Positions 10,096 to 20,103 are shown, counted from the stretch's first letter. The stretch is 64,000 bases of DNA from Candidatus Babeliales bacterium (GCA_050250855.1 JBFWNW010000001.1:280179-344178), one strand, 5' to 3'. A program made the numbers and translations. The notes: generated by a model from the sequence alone, not told the origin.

Positions 10096-10111
10096 TGATT
10101 TCCTTCCTGTA

Positions 10112-10152
10112 ATATATCATCTTGATATATAGGATATATCATTTTGATATAT
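10112..10152. promoter_or_regulatory. Two tandem palindromic operators (putative PadR sites) overlapping a promoter
   Basis: ATATATCA-N3-TGATATAT at 10112-10130 and 10134-10152; minus-strand TTGCAT-17-TATCCT (10159-10131). Confidence 0.75.
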
Positions 10153-10243
10153 TATGCAAGAGGGGGGGTGTTAGCAGGTTTAATGCTGCTTGACGAGCTT
10201 TTAGCTATAGATTATTATAGGTATATGCTTTTTAGGGGCTTTT

Positions 10244-10807
10244 ATGAGAAAATTTCTAGTTTCACTTTTTTTTATTAGTAGCTTTGTTCAGGCAGGGCTA
10301 TTTGATTTCCTTTCCATGGATAATGCGGCTCCAAAGTTTGCAAGAACAGAGGGTTTTTGGAGTAGTCCAGCGGATGAAGCGGTGACAACATTTTTTGGCA
10401 GATTAAATGAACCAAAAAGTCAACGCGAAAATTGGTACGCCGTTACTCCCTACGTTGCAGAATTCTGGTGCGCACTTTCTAATATCGGTTTTATCTATGT
10501 TGGCATTAAAGACAAATCGCCTGAAATGCTTTTTGCTGGCTTAGCATCTATGGCAAGCCATACAGTTCCCAAGCAGTGGTTATTGTCTTTAGATAAATTT
10601 GCCGCTCTTGTAGCACTTGCAAAAGTTGCAAGAGAATATGAACAATTTAAAAAACAACCAACTCTTTTATTGTCGATAGTTGGCTTGGGTATTATTAATG
10701 CGCATGATGTATATTTAGCGCGTCAAAAAGGCCAAACCTGGGGCCATGTGTTGTGGCATTTATCAGCAGCATGTACAGCTCATTATTTACTGAATGCCAT
10801 AAAATAA
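10244..10807 (+). CDS. Alkaline ceramidase-like (CREST superfamily) membrane hydrolase with signal peptide
   Basis: YAVTPYVAEFWCALSN, S..SH, D, HVLWH motifs. Confidence 0.7.
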   Translation: MRKFLVSLFFISSFVQAGLFDFLSMDNAAPKFARTEGFWSSPADEAVTTFFGRLNEPKSQRENWYAVTPYVAEFWCALSNIGFIYVGIKDKSPEMLFAGLASMASHTVPKQWLLSLDKFAALVALAKVAREYEQFKKQPTLLLSIVGLGIINAHDVYLARQKGQTWGHVLWHLSAACTAHYLLNAIK

Positions 10808-10914
10808 AAATCTTAATATATTCAAAATCTAGACTTATTCTCATTAATTTACATAAAGAGTATTTTTCTTTATAATTATGAATTATTTTGAAATTTATAA
10901 CGAATGGAAAAACT

Positions 10915-11547
10915 ATGAAAAAATTAATATTCTTATTTTTTGGGATTTTTACATCTGTATATTGCTTGGAAAGCGATATAAATCGAGTGATTGAAAATAG
11001 TAACTCTTTAGCTTTTCAAAACTATTTTAAACAACATTATTCAGTTACTGATAATATCTTTAATGATTGGACAACTAATCTTCAAACATATAAAAATGCA
11101 ATTGGTGATCAAACTTCTGATGCTTATAAACTTATTCATACTATTCCAACCGGAACATTAGATTCATATAAAACGCTTGCCAAAGAACAGTGTGAGAAAT
11201 TAAATAAGCCTATGCCATTGATAGCCAAGAAGAGTTCAAATGGCTCTGAGTATATGCTTGGAGCAGGAGGACTTTTTTTGCTTATTGGATTAATTTTGAA
11301 TTTTAAATCAGAGCAAGCTCCTGACCTTGGCGCTAGGTGTGCCCTCGGACTTATGTCGTTACCTATGTTTATTGCTGGATCGGTTACTACTCTTATTGGG
11401 GGATTATTCTATTTTGGCCCAGAGCAACAACCGTCAGTGCCGCAACCTGTTATTGATCAAGATAAAGTAAACCAAGCTGGCGTTATTTGTAATCTTTTGA
11501 AGACGGTTGAAAAGAACAAGAATAGTCTAGACATCAGGATTTTATAG
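10915..11547 (+). CDS. Hypothetical exported/membrane protein
   Basis: Signal peptide MKKLIFLFF and two C-terminal TM segments. Confidence 0.7.
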   Translation: MKKLIFLFFGIFTSVYCLESDINRVIENSNSLAFQNYFKQHYSVTDNIFNDWTTNLQTYKNAIGDQTSDAYKLIHTIPTGTLDSYKTLAKEQCEKLNKPMPLIAKKSSNGSEYMLGAGGLFLLIGLILNFKSEQAPDLGARCALGLMSLPMFIAGSVTTLIGGLFYFGPEQQPSVPQPVIDQDKVNQAGVICNLLKTVEKNKNSLDIRIL

Positions 11548-11582
11548 ATTTTTTTACCAAAAAAAATAAATGATCAAGTTGA

Positions 11583-11627
11583 TTTAAATTTGAAAAACTC
11601 TTGATTTTTTGTACACCTGCACTTTAG
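11583..11627 (+). repeat. 45-bp direct repeat, copy 1
   Basis: 43/45 identical to 12236-12280. Confidence 0.85.
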
Positions 11628-11633
11628 ACGGAG

Positions 11634-12128
11634 TTATTTAAAATAATAGTTGATTAATAAAAGAGTCACTATAGTTAGTACTATAGAGATACACCAGGAA
11701 ACTAGAGCAGTGATAACTAATGGTACAAAAACTTGCCCTATTGGCTTGCCAAAAAATTTACGAGCAAAGATACATTGAATTAAAATCTGTAATAATGCAA
11801 ACAAAGTAAAAATTCCTGCTACAGGGACAAATACAATACCAAAATCTGCTGGGATTTTTGAAAGTCTTTGGAATACAAAAAAATAAGGGGTTCCTAAGTG
11901 TATTACTAGGTTTATAAATAGTTTATGAAGAATGTTTTTGGGAATTGTTACATCTGGATAAAAAAACATTAGTCTACTTGCAACTATACAGCCAAGCGTA
12001 AGCCAGCCGGTATTGTGTTGTTTGGGAAAGTATCGTTTTAATATAAAATAATTTGCTACAAAATAACCAAGGATAGGCAGTAAGATACAGGTTGATTCAA
12101 GGGTTAAGGGAAGAAATAGTCTGATCAT
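11634..12128 (-). CDS. Hypothetical integral membrane protein
   Basis: 164 aa with several hydrophobic helices. Confidence 0.7.
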   Translation of the reverse strand: MIRLFLPLTLESTCILLPILGYFVANYFILKRYFPKQHNTGWLTLGCIVASRLMFFYPDVTIPKNILHKLFINLVIHLGTPYFFVFQRLSKIPADFGIVFVPVAGIFTLFALLQILIQCIFARKFFGKPIGQVFVPLVITALVSWCISIVLTIVTLLLINYYFK

Positions 12129-12235
12129 TGCAGCCTTTCTTTTTTAATATATTTATAAATAGTAGTTTAAACAGTGTGCTAAGATTAAAGCAATAAAAAC
12201 AAAGATAAAAATAAAGGCTCGAATGTACAGGCCTT

Positions 12236-12280
12236 TTTAAATTTGAAAAACTATTGATTTTCTGTACACCTGCACTTTAG
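12236..12280 (+). repeat. 45-bp direct repeat, copy 2
   Basis: tttaaatttgaaaaact(a/c)ttgatttt(c/t)tgtacacctgcactttag. Confidence 0.85.
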
Positions 12281-12326
12281 CATGAAAACCGTTGAAGTCT
12301 CTTCGTTTCATATACAAGGAGAAAGT

Positions 12327-12530
12327 ATGAAAACAAAAGATTGGTTTTTAGCGTTGGTTGAAGCCTGCGCATGGTATGGCTTTATTTATACTATTCTTTA
12401 TAGCATAAAGCATGATGTGAATTTGTATGCCAGCACGTTCGTTATTATAGTATTCATGTATGTTGCTAGCATTGCATGCCCAGTTGTAAGACATTTGCAG
12501 GCATGGAAGGATCTTTGGAAAGAAAAATAG
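12327..12530 (+). CDS. Small two-TM membrane protein
   Basis: AAGGAG SD before ATG 12327; two hydrophobic segments. Confidence 0.7.
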   Translation: MKTKDWFLALVEACAWYGFIYTILYSIKHDVNLYASTFVIIVFMYVASIACPVVRHLQAWKDLWKEK

Positions 12531-12586
12531 TATATTATTTTTCTGTTAAGTTTTTTAGGGTCTGTACTCTAAATTTGAGCTAAGCC

Positions 12587-13117
12587 ATGAAATTAAAAAT
12601 TCTTTTGGTTTGTTTTTGCACATTGCTTTTAGGTTGCGCTTCCAAAGAAGAGGATACTAAAGAAAAGGTTCAATTTCTTATAGATCTGAATGCTTCCACA
12701 AATATTATACTAACGTTAATTGAACAAAAAAGAGTAGATGAGATTTTTGATGGTGTAGAGCGGGATAAAGCTCAGTGGCTTATCAAAAATTTTTCTCCAG
12801 CGCAGATAGCATTTCACGCAGAAGCTCTAAGCTTTGATGGACCTCTTGTTGTTTTATTTTATGAAACAAAAGATTCAGATTTATTCCTTTTATTAGCATG
12901 TTTAGAAGAGAAGGCAAGAAAATGGCATGATAGAGCACGATTTGCTATCATAGATGCACAGGAGCTTTCTAAGCTTGCTTATGAGCATGAAGTTAAGATT
13001 TTTCCAACCATAGTCCTGATTAAAAATCAGGAGGAATATGAGCGATGGGAAGGTCAAGAGCAGATGAAATGCGCGCTTGATATACTGGATGATAAGTTAG
13101 CTTATTTTGTGGTATAG
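12587..13117 (+). CDS. Lipoprotein with thioredoxin-like fold lacking CxxC
   Basis: Lipobox LLGC; PLVVLFY...FAIIDA...EVKIFPTIVLIKN pattern. Confidence 0.65.
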   Translation: MKLKILLVCFCTLLLGCASKEEDTKEKVQFLIDLNASTNIILTLIEQKRVDEIFDGVERDKAQWLIKNFSPAQIAFHAEALSFDGPLVVLFYETKDSDLFLLLACLEEKARKWHDRARFAIIDAQELSKLAYEHEVKIFPTIVLIKNQEEYERWEGQEQMKCALDILDDKLAYFVV

Positions 13118-13127
13118 TAAAAATTTT

Positions 13128-13922
13128 TTAATAATCAGCAATCTCCCAACCTGCCCCACGAATTTGCGGTTTTACTGCTTGTTCAAGAGCTTGTATAACG
13201 TTTGGACATATCTCCTTTGCTTCATAAAGATATTTAGCCCAGCCTAACAGCGAATATCCTCGTGCACTATTTTTTTTATTCCAGATATCGTAAAGTTTTG
13301 GTAATGCAAAAGTATACTGTTCTGGTTCCAGGAGTTTACTAGGATATAGTTTGGGCAGATTGAAGTTATATTTTTTTCCGCAGACTATTTCGCTATTATA
13401 TACAAAATTTAGCTCTACGTCGTGCTGTTTTAATAAGCCTGTTATTAAACATGCTGCAGGAAGCTGAACTTTTGCATTATTAAAAAATTCAAAAAAAATG
13501 CATTGTTTGTAAAACCATATTTTTTCATCATGAGAAATACTATGTTTTGGTGCAATGAGCTTTATCCATGGAGGATCGAATACTTTTTCTGTTTTTTTAA
13601 AGAATGCATTTAAAGCATTCCAATAAAGATTTGTATTCGTTGTATTCTCCAACCAGTCTTTATATTTCTGTATTACTTTTTTGTCTTGTAGCGGTATATA
13701 GGAGCTGGTGAGGTTATAGCATGCTTTATTTATGAAGGAGATAGCTTGTACCGTTTTTATATCACCCTCTGCAAAAGCTTGGTTGAGAGCATAGTCAAAA
13801 ATAATATTGGAAATTTCGGGAGGAAAAATTGGGTTTTGTTCATCTGGTTTGCTAAAACCTAAGCCTGCATGGATATAATGAGTGAGCAATACAATATGTG
13901 CCAGTAATATAGTTTTCTTCAT
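13128..13922 (-). CDS. Exported protein with F-box-like motif
   Basis: Signal peptide then FPPEISNIIFDYAL...ISFINKACYNL. Confidence 0.55.
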   Translation of the reverse strand: MKKTILLAHIVLLTHYIHAGLGFSKPDEQNPIFPPEISNIIFDYALNQAFAEGDIKTVQAISFINKACYNLTSSYIPLQDKKVIQKYKDWLENTTNTNLYWNALNAFFKKTEKVFDPPWIKLIAPKHSISHDEKIWFYKQCIFFEFFNNAKVQLPAACLITGLLKQHDVELNFVYNSEIVCGKKYNFNLPKLYPSKLLEPEQYTFALPKLYDIWNKKNSARGYSLLGWAKYLYEAKEICPNVIQALEQAVKPQIRGAGWEIADY

Positions 13923-13960
13923 ACTAATCTCCCTTTTTAAAAAACTATACTACGTTTGTT

Positions 13961-14527
13961 TTATTTTTCCCAAGGGAATACAATCCAATTTGTCGTTTCT
14001 TCTATATAATAATCAGGTTTTATACATGATGTTGGTTTATAATAGAGCGTTGCGATTTTAATAGTTGTTTTTGGCAAGCTATCTTTTAATGCTTCGATAA
14101 GGAATTTCATAGTTTCTCCAGTATCTACTAGATCATCAACAATCAAAATATTTTTTGAATTCTCGAAATCTTCTGTGTGTATAGGGTATTTTAGTTTAAG
14201 AGTTTTGCGCGTTTGGCCTTCATAAGATTCTATGTTGATAGTGCGTGTATTGCGATTATCAAACATTTTTTCACCGGCAAGAAGACCAAGGGGAACTAAG
14301 CCGCCGCGCGCGATGCCGATCAGAAGTTCGGGAGCAAAGCCGCTATTTTGTACTTTTTGATGAATTTGAGTGCACATGGTTTGAACCATGTCATCTGTGA
14401 TATAGGTTTTTTGTATACTAGGTTTCATTTCTTGAGACATTCTTCTTGCTGCATAACCAGTTGGATCCATACTCATGCAATGTGCAGCAGTTGATAAGAG
14501 TATAGTAAAAACGGTAGTATTCTTCAT
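13961..14527 (-). CDS. Xanthine/purine phosphoribosyltransferase-like protein with signal peptide
   Basis: IARGGLVP, LIVDDLVDTGET, WIVFPWE. Confidence 0.85.
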   Translation of the reverse strand: MKNTTVFTILLSTAAHCMSMDPTGYAARRMSQEMKPSIQKTYITDDMVQTMCTQIHQKVQNSGFAPELLIGIARGGLVPLGLLAGEKMFDNRNTRTINIESYEGQTRKTLKLKYPIHTEDFENSKNILIVDDLVDTGETMKFLIEALKDSLPKTTIKIATLYYKPTSCIKPDYYIEETTNWIVFPWEK

Positions 14528-14678
14528 AGAGACTCCTTAAAATTATGGTAAAAAAATATTAAATTGCGTAGTAGTTTATCTGTTTTTGACCATAAAGCAA
14601 GGAAAAAGGTAATTGTTATTTTTGGTTAATAACGTATTCTTGAGTAATAATTAATTTCAAAACGTTTTATGGCAAAGG

Positions 14679-16106
14679 TTGATAGTGAAGAAACTAGTTT
14701 GTTTGGTAAGCATAGTGAGCTTTTTTGTATGTGCTTCTTATTATGAAAAACTACCGTTATATAAGTCGCAAACGCCAAGAAAAAAAGTTGTTATTATTGG
14801 TGCCGGCATTGCTGGCCTGACTACCGCCTATGAACTCCATAAAAAAGGATATGACGTTGAAGTGTATGAAGCGCGTGGACGTGTTGGCGGTAGAATGTTT
14901 TCTGCATTAGTTCAAGGCAAGGTGGTAGAGCTTGGCGGCGAAAATATTACTGATGGTGGCTCTGCTGATCATCTTCGTGCCCTTATCAATGAGCTTGGTT
15001 TAACGCTTGAAAAATTTTCCGTTATGTTTAAGCATGCGTTCTATCATGAAGATAGATTTTTACCGATTGATGAAGATTTAAAACAACAGTTTAGTCAAGA
15101 AGCATTAAAAGAAAAACTTGAGGAAGCTGCACGTAATGCTCGTTCTATGCGTGAAGTTCTTGATCAACTTTTTGTACCAGGTAGTCCTGTGCATACTTGT
15201 TTGAGTACGCGTCTTGCTGGTTATGAAGGCGCAGCAGTAGAGCGTTTATCATCACTGTATATACAAACATTGTATTATATGATTCTTGGCGGTATTTGTG
15301 CGGTTCATCCGGATAATGAAACCGCTTGTATGCATATTAAAGGAGGCAATAGTAAGCTTCCGCAAGCATTGGCAGATAAGCTAGGTAATCGTGTGCATTG
15401 TTCTATGCCGCTCGTTTCTTTAACAAAAGAAGAGCAGCAGTATCTATTGACCTTTAAAGATGGTGCAGAGGTTGCAGCTGATATGGTTGTTCTTGCCATG
15501 CCGTGCCCTGTTTATAATGATATTACCTTTGGAGCAGATGTCATGAATGCAGAAAAACTTGCAGCTATAAGATCTATACAGAATGGCGATAATGCTAAAA
15601 TAATAGTACCGCTTTCTGCACCTTATGATCAATCAACTATTTTTGTGCATAATGATTTAGGTATTTTTTCCTACCATAATTTTATTACAACGTTGTATTT
15701 TGCAAGCAAGGCAAGTCATTTTTTGCCGGCAACGCTTGATCAAACCTATGAGAATGTAAAGCCATTTGTTCATGCTGCATTAGGAAAACATGCAATGCCA
15801 GAAGAAAAACCTGTTTTAGCTCAAGATGCTCTTTTTGAGCAGTACGAAGGGCCCGTTGGGCATAGTTGGCCGTGTGATCCTTATGCGCAAGGATCATATG
15901 CATTCATTGCATCAGGACAAGAAAAGTTAATGACAACGCTGCAAGAGTATAAAGGCAGGACCATTAAAGCGCTGTTTGCGCCGGTTGACGGAACTCTTTA
16001 TTTTGCAGGAGAGCATGCATCAACACTTCTTGATGTGCCGGGAACTATGGAGGCGGGGTGCCAGTCTGGAATTCTTGTAGCATCTTTGATTGAAAAAGAG
16101 TTTTAG
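14679..16106 (+). CDS. Flavin-dependent amine/amino-acid oxidase family, probably exported
   Basis: VVIIGAGIAGL, YEARGRVGGR, ELGGE, FAGEH..GTMEAG; hydrophobic N-terminus. Confidence 0.85.
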   Translation: MIVKKLVCLVSIVSFFVCASYYEKLPLYKSQTPRKKVVIIGAGIAGLTTAYELHKKGYDVEVYEARGRVGGRMFSALVQGKVVELGGENITDGGSADHLRALINELGLTLEKFSVMFKHAFYHEDRFLPIDEDLKQQFSQEALKEKLEEAARNARSMREVLDQLFVPGSPVHTCLSTRLAGYEGAAVERLSSLYIQTLYYMILGGICAVHPDNETACMHIKGGNSKLPQALADKLGNRVHCSMPLVSLTKEEQQYLLTFKDGAEVAADMVVLAMPCPVYNDITFGADVMNAEKLAAIRSIQNGDNAKIIVPLSAPYDQSTIFVHNDLGIFSYHNFITTLYFASKASHFLPATLDQTYENVKPFVHAALGKHAMPEEKPVLAQDALFEQYEGPVGHSWPCDPYAQGSYAFIASGQEKLMTTLQEYKGRTIKALFAPVDGTLYFAGEHASTLLDVPGTMEAGCQSGILVASLIEKEF

Positions 16107-16116
16107 ACTATAAAAA

Positions 16117-17079
16117 TTAGATTTTTTTACACTCTAGGGAACTGATAGTATCATTAATAGTTATTATATTGACAATCTCTAATCCTGCACTTTGTATAAG
16201 TTCAGTAAATTCTGATAAGGTTCGCTCTTGGCCTTGAAAAATAGTAAGCAGCGCAAGATCAATTGCTGCCAACAGTTTTTTATTGTGAGCATGATCTAGA
16301 ATACCATCAATAATGTAGAGCTTAGAATCAGCTTTCATAGCAGCGCTAACATTTTTAAGTATTTGCAATGCTTTTTCATTATGCCAATCATGTATAATAC
16401 GTTTGAGAATAAAGATATCAGCAGAGAATGGTAACGGTTCAAAAAAGTTGCCGGCGATTTCTTTACCAGGAAAGTTTTCTATGTTTGCAACAACATCTGG
16501 AAGGTCACATACAATGCCATTAACAGAAGGATTGTGAAGCATTATTTTTGTAATGAGCTGGCCTTTGCCGCCGCCAATATCGGCAACTGTTCCATAAAAA
16601 GAAAGTTGAGCAGCAATCGTAGCATCTTCTTCTTGTGAAATAATTACCATTGCTTCATCAAAGCGTGCGCTGAGCACAGGATGTTTTTTTAAATAATCAA
16701 AATAACTTTCGTTATAGAGCATGTCAAATGCAGCTTTACCCGTTTTAATTGAATAGCCTAGATGGCCAAATGAGTTCCAGCGTGTTTCATCATCATGGAG
16801 TAAAAATGGTTTTATTGTCTGCGGATGATCTGCGCACATGGTGCTAGAAAAATCAGTGGTATGGTACATGCCATTGGTATCTTTAAAGAATACATCATGC
16901 AGTGCAAGAAGATTGAGCAAGCGTTTCAAACTTGATTGTTCTGTATTTGTAGCAGCTGCAAGTTCACTGATATCCATAGCTTTTTTGCTAAGATGTTCTG
17001 CGATATTAATTTCTGCTGCAACAAATAATGCTCGTGCAAGCATAATGTTATTCAAAAGTGAAAATATATCGATGTTCAT
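16117..17079 (-). CDS. SAM-dependent O-methyltransferase (Methyltransf_2 with dimerisation wHTH)
   Basis: ADIGGGKG, GNFF, KRIIHDW, GQERT. Confidence 0.9.
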   Translation of the reverse strand: MNIDIFSLLNNIMLARALFVAAEINIAEHLSKKAMDISELAAATNTEQSSLKRLLNLLALHDVFFKDTNGMYHTTDFSSTMCADHPQTIKPFLLHDDETRWNSFGHLGYSIKTGKAAFDMLYNESYFDYLKKHPVLSARFDEAMVIISQEEDATIAAQLSFYGTVADIGGGKGQLITKIMLHNPSVNGIVCDLPDVVANIENFPGKEIAGNFFEPLPFSADIFILKRIIHDWHNEKALQILKNVSAAMKADSKLYIIDGILDHAHNKKLLAAIDLALLTIFQGQERTLSEFTELIQSAGLEIVNIITINDTISSLECKKI

Positions 17080-17250
17080 ACAGGTTTCATTTCTCTATAT
17101 AAAAAATTGTGTAACGGATGTGAGTGTATAGGACTTTTGCTCTATTGAAAAGTTTTTTTACATGGAATCTATAACAATTTGACATGATGGAAAACTCTTT
17201 CTAGGATATCAAAAGAGTTAATGATTATTTTTTAAAAAAGAGAGGACCTA

Positions 17251-18363
17251 ATGAAAAATATGAAACAGTATTTTTTTGCGTCTATTGTACTATTCGGATC
17301 TTTTTTCCATTCTTGTGCGTTTGTTAATTCAGATCGCGTTGTAGCAACCGTTCCTGTTGGTATTACTCCGGCTGGGCTTGCTTTAACGCCTGATGATGCG
17401 TTTGCGTATGTTGCCAACAATAATAATTATACCTATACAGGTATGGACACGGTTAGCGTTATTGACCTGAGCAATAATACGGTAATAAAAACTATTCATG
17501 ATGCAAGTTTTAATGAGCCTTATACGGTGACCATTAATAAAGATGGCACCAAAGCATACATAACAAACAGTAATAGCACCACGATAACGATTATTGATAT
17601 AAAAACAAATTCAGTTTCTGGTATTATCTATGGGTTTGATGGTCCTTCTGGTTTGGTTATTACGCCAGATCAAAAAAGAGGATATGTAAATAATTATGGC
17701 GGGCCGGAAGGCGTTGGAAGCGGTAATGCTGTTACGTTAAATATTGTTGATTTAGTGTCACTTGCTATAACCGGAACTATTCATGTTGATTTAGCGCCGG
17801 CAGCGCTTGCTATTTCATCTGATGGTGCTCGCGTTTATTCAGCTAACTACGTTGATGGTAATCCAGGAACGGGTACGGTTAACGTTATAGATACAGCAAG
17901 CAATACTCTTACGGCAACAATTTTTGGTTTTTCTGGGCCATTTGATATTGTGCTAACCCCTGATGATAAGTATGCTTACGTGACTAATTTTGGCAGCAAC
18001 AATTTTATACCCGTAGGTACAACGGTGAGCGTTGCTGACTTAAAGAAAAATGTCATTATTCAAACTATAGACGTTGGCCTGCAGCCAGCAGGCATTGCAT
18101 TGACGCCAAATGGACGTTTTGCTGTCGTTACCAATTATAATACGTTGTATGCTGATTACGAAAATTTTACTGATCTAACTCCGGGGGAAGGCACTATCAA
18201 TATCATTGATACTAAAACAAATACGGTAACACCGGTAACGGTAGTAGTTGGACAATCGCCAGCTAATATTGCCATTGCATCAAATGCTAAATATGCATAT
18301 ATCAGTAATTATACTGCTAATACGGTAAGCGTGGTGAATATTCTTGAAAGAGCATGGTTGTAA
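17251..18363 (+). CDS. YVTN/YncE beta-propeller exported protein
   Basis: Repeated AYVTN/TVSVID motifs; signal peptide. Confidence 0.9.
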   Translation: MKNMKQYFFASIVLFGSFFHSCAFVNSDRVVATVPVGITPAGLALTPDDAFAYVANNNNYTYTGMDTVSVIDLSNNTVIKTIHDASFNEPYTVTINKDGTKAYITNSNSTTITIIDIKTNSVSGIIYGFDGPSGLVITPDQKRGYVNNYGGPEGVGSGNAVTLNIVDLVSLAITGTIHVDLAPAALAISSDGARVYSANYVDGNPGTGTVNVIDTASNTLTATIFGFSGPFDIVLTPDDKYAYVTNFGSNNFIPVGTTVSVADLKKNVIIQTIDVGLQPAGIALTPNGRFAVVTNYNTLYADYENFTDLTPGEGTINIIDTKTNTVTPVTVVVGQSPANIAIASNAKYAYISNYTANTVSVVNILERAWL

Positions 18364-18411
18364 TATCGTTTTGAAATTTTAAGAAATAAAATTTATTGTT
18401 AAGGATAGAGT

Positions 18412-19023
18412 ATGAAAAAAATAATAATTGTTGCAACATTGCTCATAGCGGCACAAACCTATGCAGCATCGTGCGCAGAAAAAAAATCATGTCCACAAGA
18501 ATGTTATGCTTCAAAAGATGACTTTCAATGCTCAAGATTTACAACAGCATTTTCTTCTGGCTACGTATTTAAAAATGATGGCATTTTTAGAGATGTTTAT
18601 GGTCTTGGTATGGTCAACGTGCTTACTGCTGATATCTGTTATCATCCTTGGGAGCGCTTGTGGGGCATTGGTGGCAAAATAAGTTATTGGCTTGCGCGTG
18701 GAAGAACTACTATGCTCAGACAACGTACTTTCTTGCAAGAAATTCCTGTTTCTCTTTATGTGCGTAAGATGAAAGATTTTGCATCTGGCCTGCGCTTGTA
18801 TGGTTCATTAGGTGGTTGTTTTGCTTATATAAAGGAAGACAATTATTTAGCGCATACAAAGCGTTACAAAGGGCTTGGCGAAGTTGAAGCCGGTCTATTT
18901 TACCCAGTATGGCGCCGCATGCTTATTACCGCCGCTGCGCGCTACTTATTCCCGCGCCAAGGCCATCCAAAAGTTGATGTTGGCGGTGTTGATCTGCGAG
19001 CGGGTATAGGGTTTTTCTTTTAA
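18412..19023 (+). CDS. Small outer-membrane beta-barrel protein
   Basis: Signal peptide, amphipathic strands, C-terminal RAGIGFFF. Confidence 0.7.
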   Translation: MKKIIIVATLLIAAQTYAASCAEKKSCPQECYASKDDFQCSRFTTAFSSGYVFKNDGIFRDVYGLGMVNVLTADICYHPWERLWGIGGKISYWLARGRTTMLRQRTFLQEIPVSLYVRKMKDFASGLRLYGSLGGCFAYIKEDNYLAHTKRYKGLGEVEAGLFYPVWRRMLITAAARYLFPRQGHPKVDVGGVDLRAGIGFFF

Positions 19024-19040
19024 AAAAAATCTATGTACTA

Positions 19041-19580
19041 ATGATGAAGAAAAAAATATTTCCTTTATCAAAAGTGTATCAACTCATTGAGCCTGGACCT
19101 GTCGTCATGGTTTCTACATTGTATAAAGGCAAGCCAAATATTATGACCATGTCTTGGCATATGATGATAGAATTTGAGCCGCCTCAGATTGCTTGTATTA
19201 TTGGTCAAGAAGATTATTCATTTACGATCATTAAAAAGACTAAAGAATGTGTTATTAATATTCCTACTGTTGAGCTGATTCATGAGATTGTAGGAGTTGG
19301 TAATTGCACGGGAGCTAAGGTTGATAAATTTAAAAAATTTGCCTTAACTCCCGTTGATACTCATGTTGTCAAAGCTCCCTTAATCGCTGAATGTTATGCA
19401 AACTTGGCTTGTAAGGTTATTGATACACGCATGGTCAATGGCTATAACATGTTTATCCTTGAAGTAATCAAAGCATGGATTACGCCATCAAAAAAAAGAC
19501 AACGCACGGTACATCATGCAGGCTATGGAGTTTTTATTGTTGATGGCAAGGTGATTAGAGTAGCTTCAAAAAAGAAATAA
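19041..19580 (+). CDS. Flavin reductase family protein
   Basis: PGPVVMVS, NIMTMSW, ECVINIP, DKF, APLIAEC. Confidence 0.88.
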   Translation: MMKKKIFPLSKVYQLIEPGPVVMVSTLYKGKPNIMTMSWHMMIEFEPPQIACIIGQEDYSFTIIKKTKECVINIPTVELIHEIVGVGNCTGAKVDKFKKFALTPVDTHVVKAPLIAECYANLACKVIDTRMVNGYNMFILEVIKAWITPSKKRQRTVHHAGYGVFIVDGKVIRVASKKK

Positions 19581-19601
19581 AGAAATTATTAAGGAGAATC
19601 A

Positions 19602-20033
19602 ATGAATTTTATGCATCTTATACTACAAACAACCCCTTATTTAAATGGCCTTGCATTAACTCTTATTCGTATCGGCATCGGTATATTATTTATCGGCCAT
19701 GGGTATTTAAAATTTGTAGCAGGGTATTCAAATTGGCTTTGGACAGGGCAGCAAATGGCGCTTGTAGGCATAACCTTTGCACCACTCTTTTGGGGAATCT
19801 GTGCCATGCTCAGTGAGCTTGGTGGCGGTATTTGCCTGATGCTTGGTTTTTATACTCGCATAGCGGCAGCTTTTATGGCCTTTACTATGCTTATTGCTCT
19901 TATTTATCACATAAAAAAGGGCGATAGTTTTACCGTGTATGCCTTTCCCCTTTCTCAACTGCTTATTTTTATAGGGCTCATGATTGCAGGAAGTGGCGAT
20001 TTTTCTTTAGATAAGCTACTTTCTGCTCAATAG
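19602..20033 (+). CDS. DoxX family membrane protein
   Basis: RIGIGILFIGHGYLK, ELGGG, LGFYTRIAA, GSGDFSLD. Confidence 0.9.
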   Translation: MNFMHLILQTTPYLNGLALTLIRIGIGILFIGHGYLKFVAGYSNWLWTGQQMALVGITFAPLFWGICAMLSELGGGICLMLGFYTRIAAAFMAFTMLIALIYHIKKGDSFTVYAFPLSQLLIFIGLMIAGSGDFSLDKLLSAQ

Positions 20034-20103
20034 CCTTTTGACAAAAGGGCACAACTGTTGCACAGTAAGGGTATAATTTTCTATACTAAATGTGAGGTTT
20101 TAT

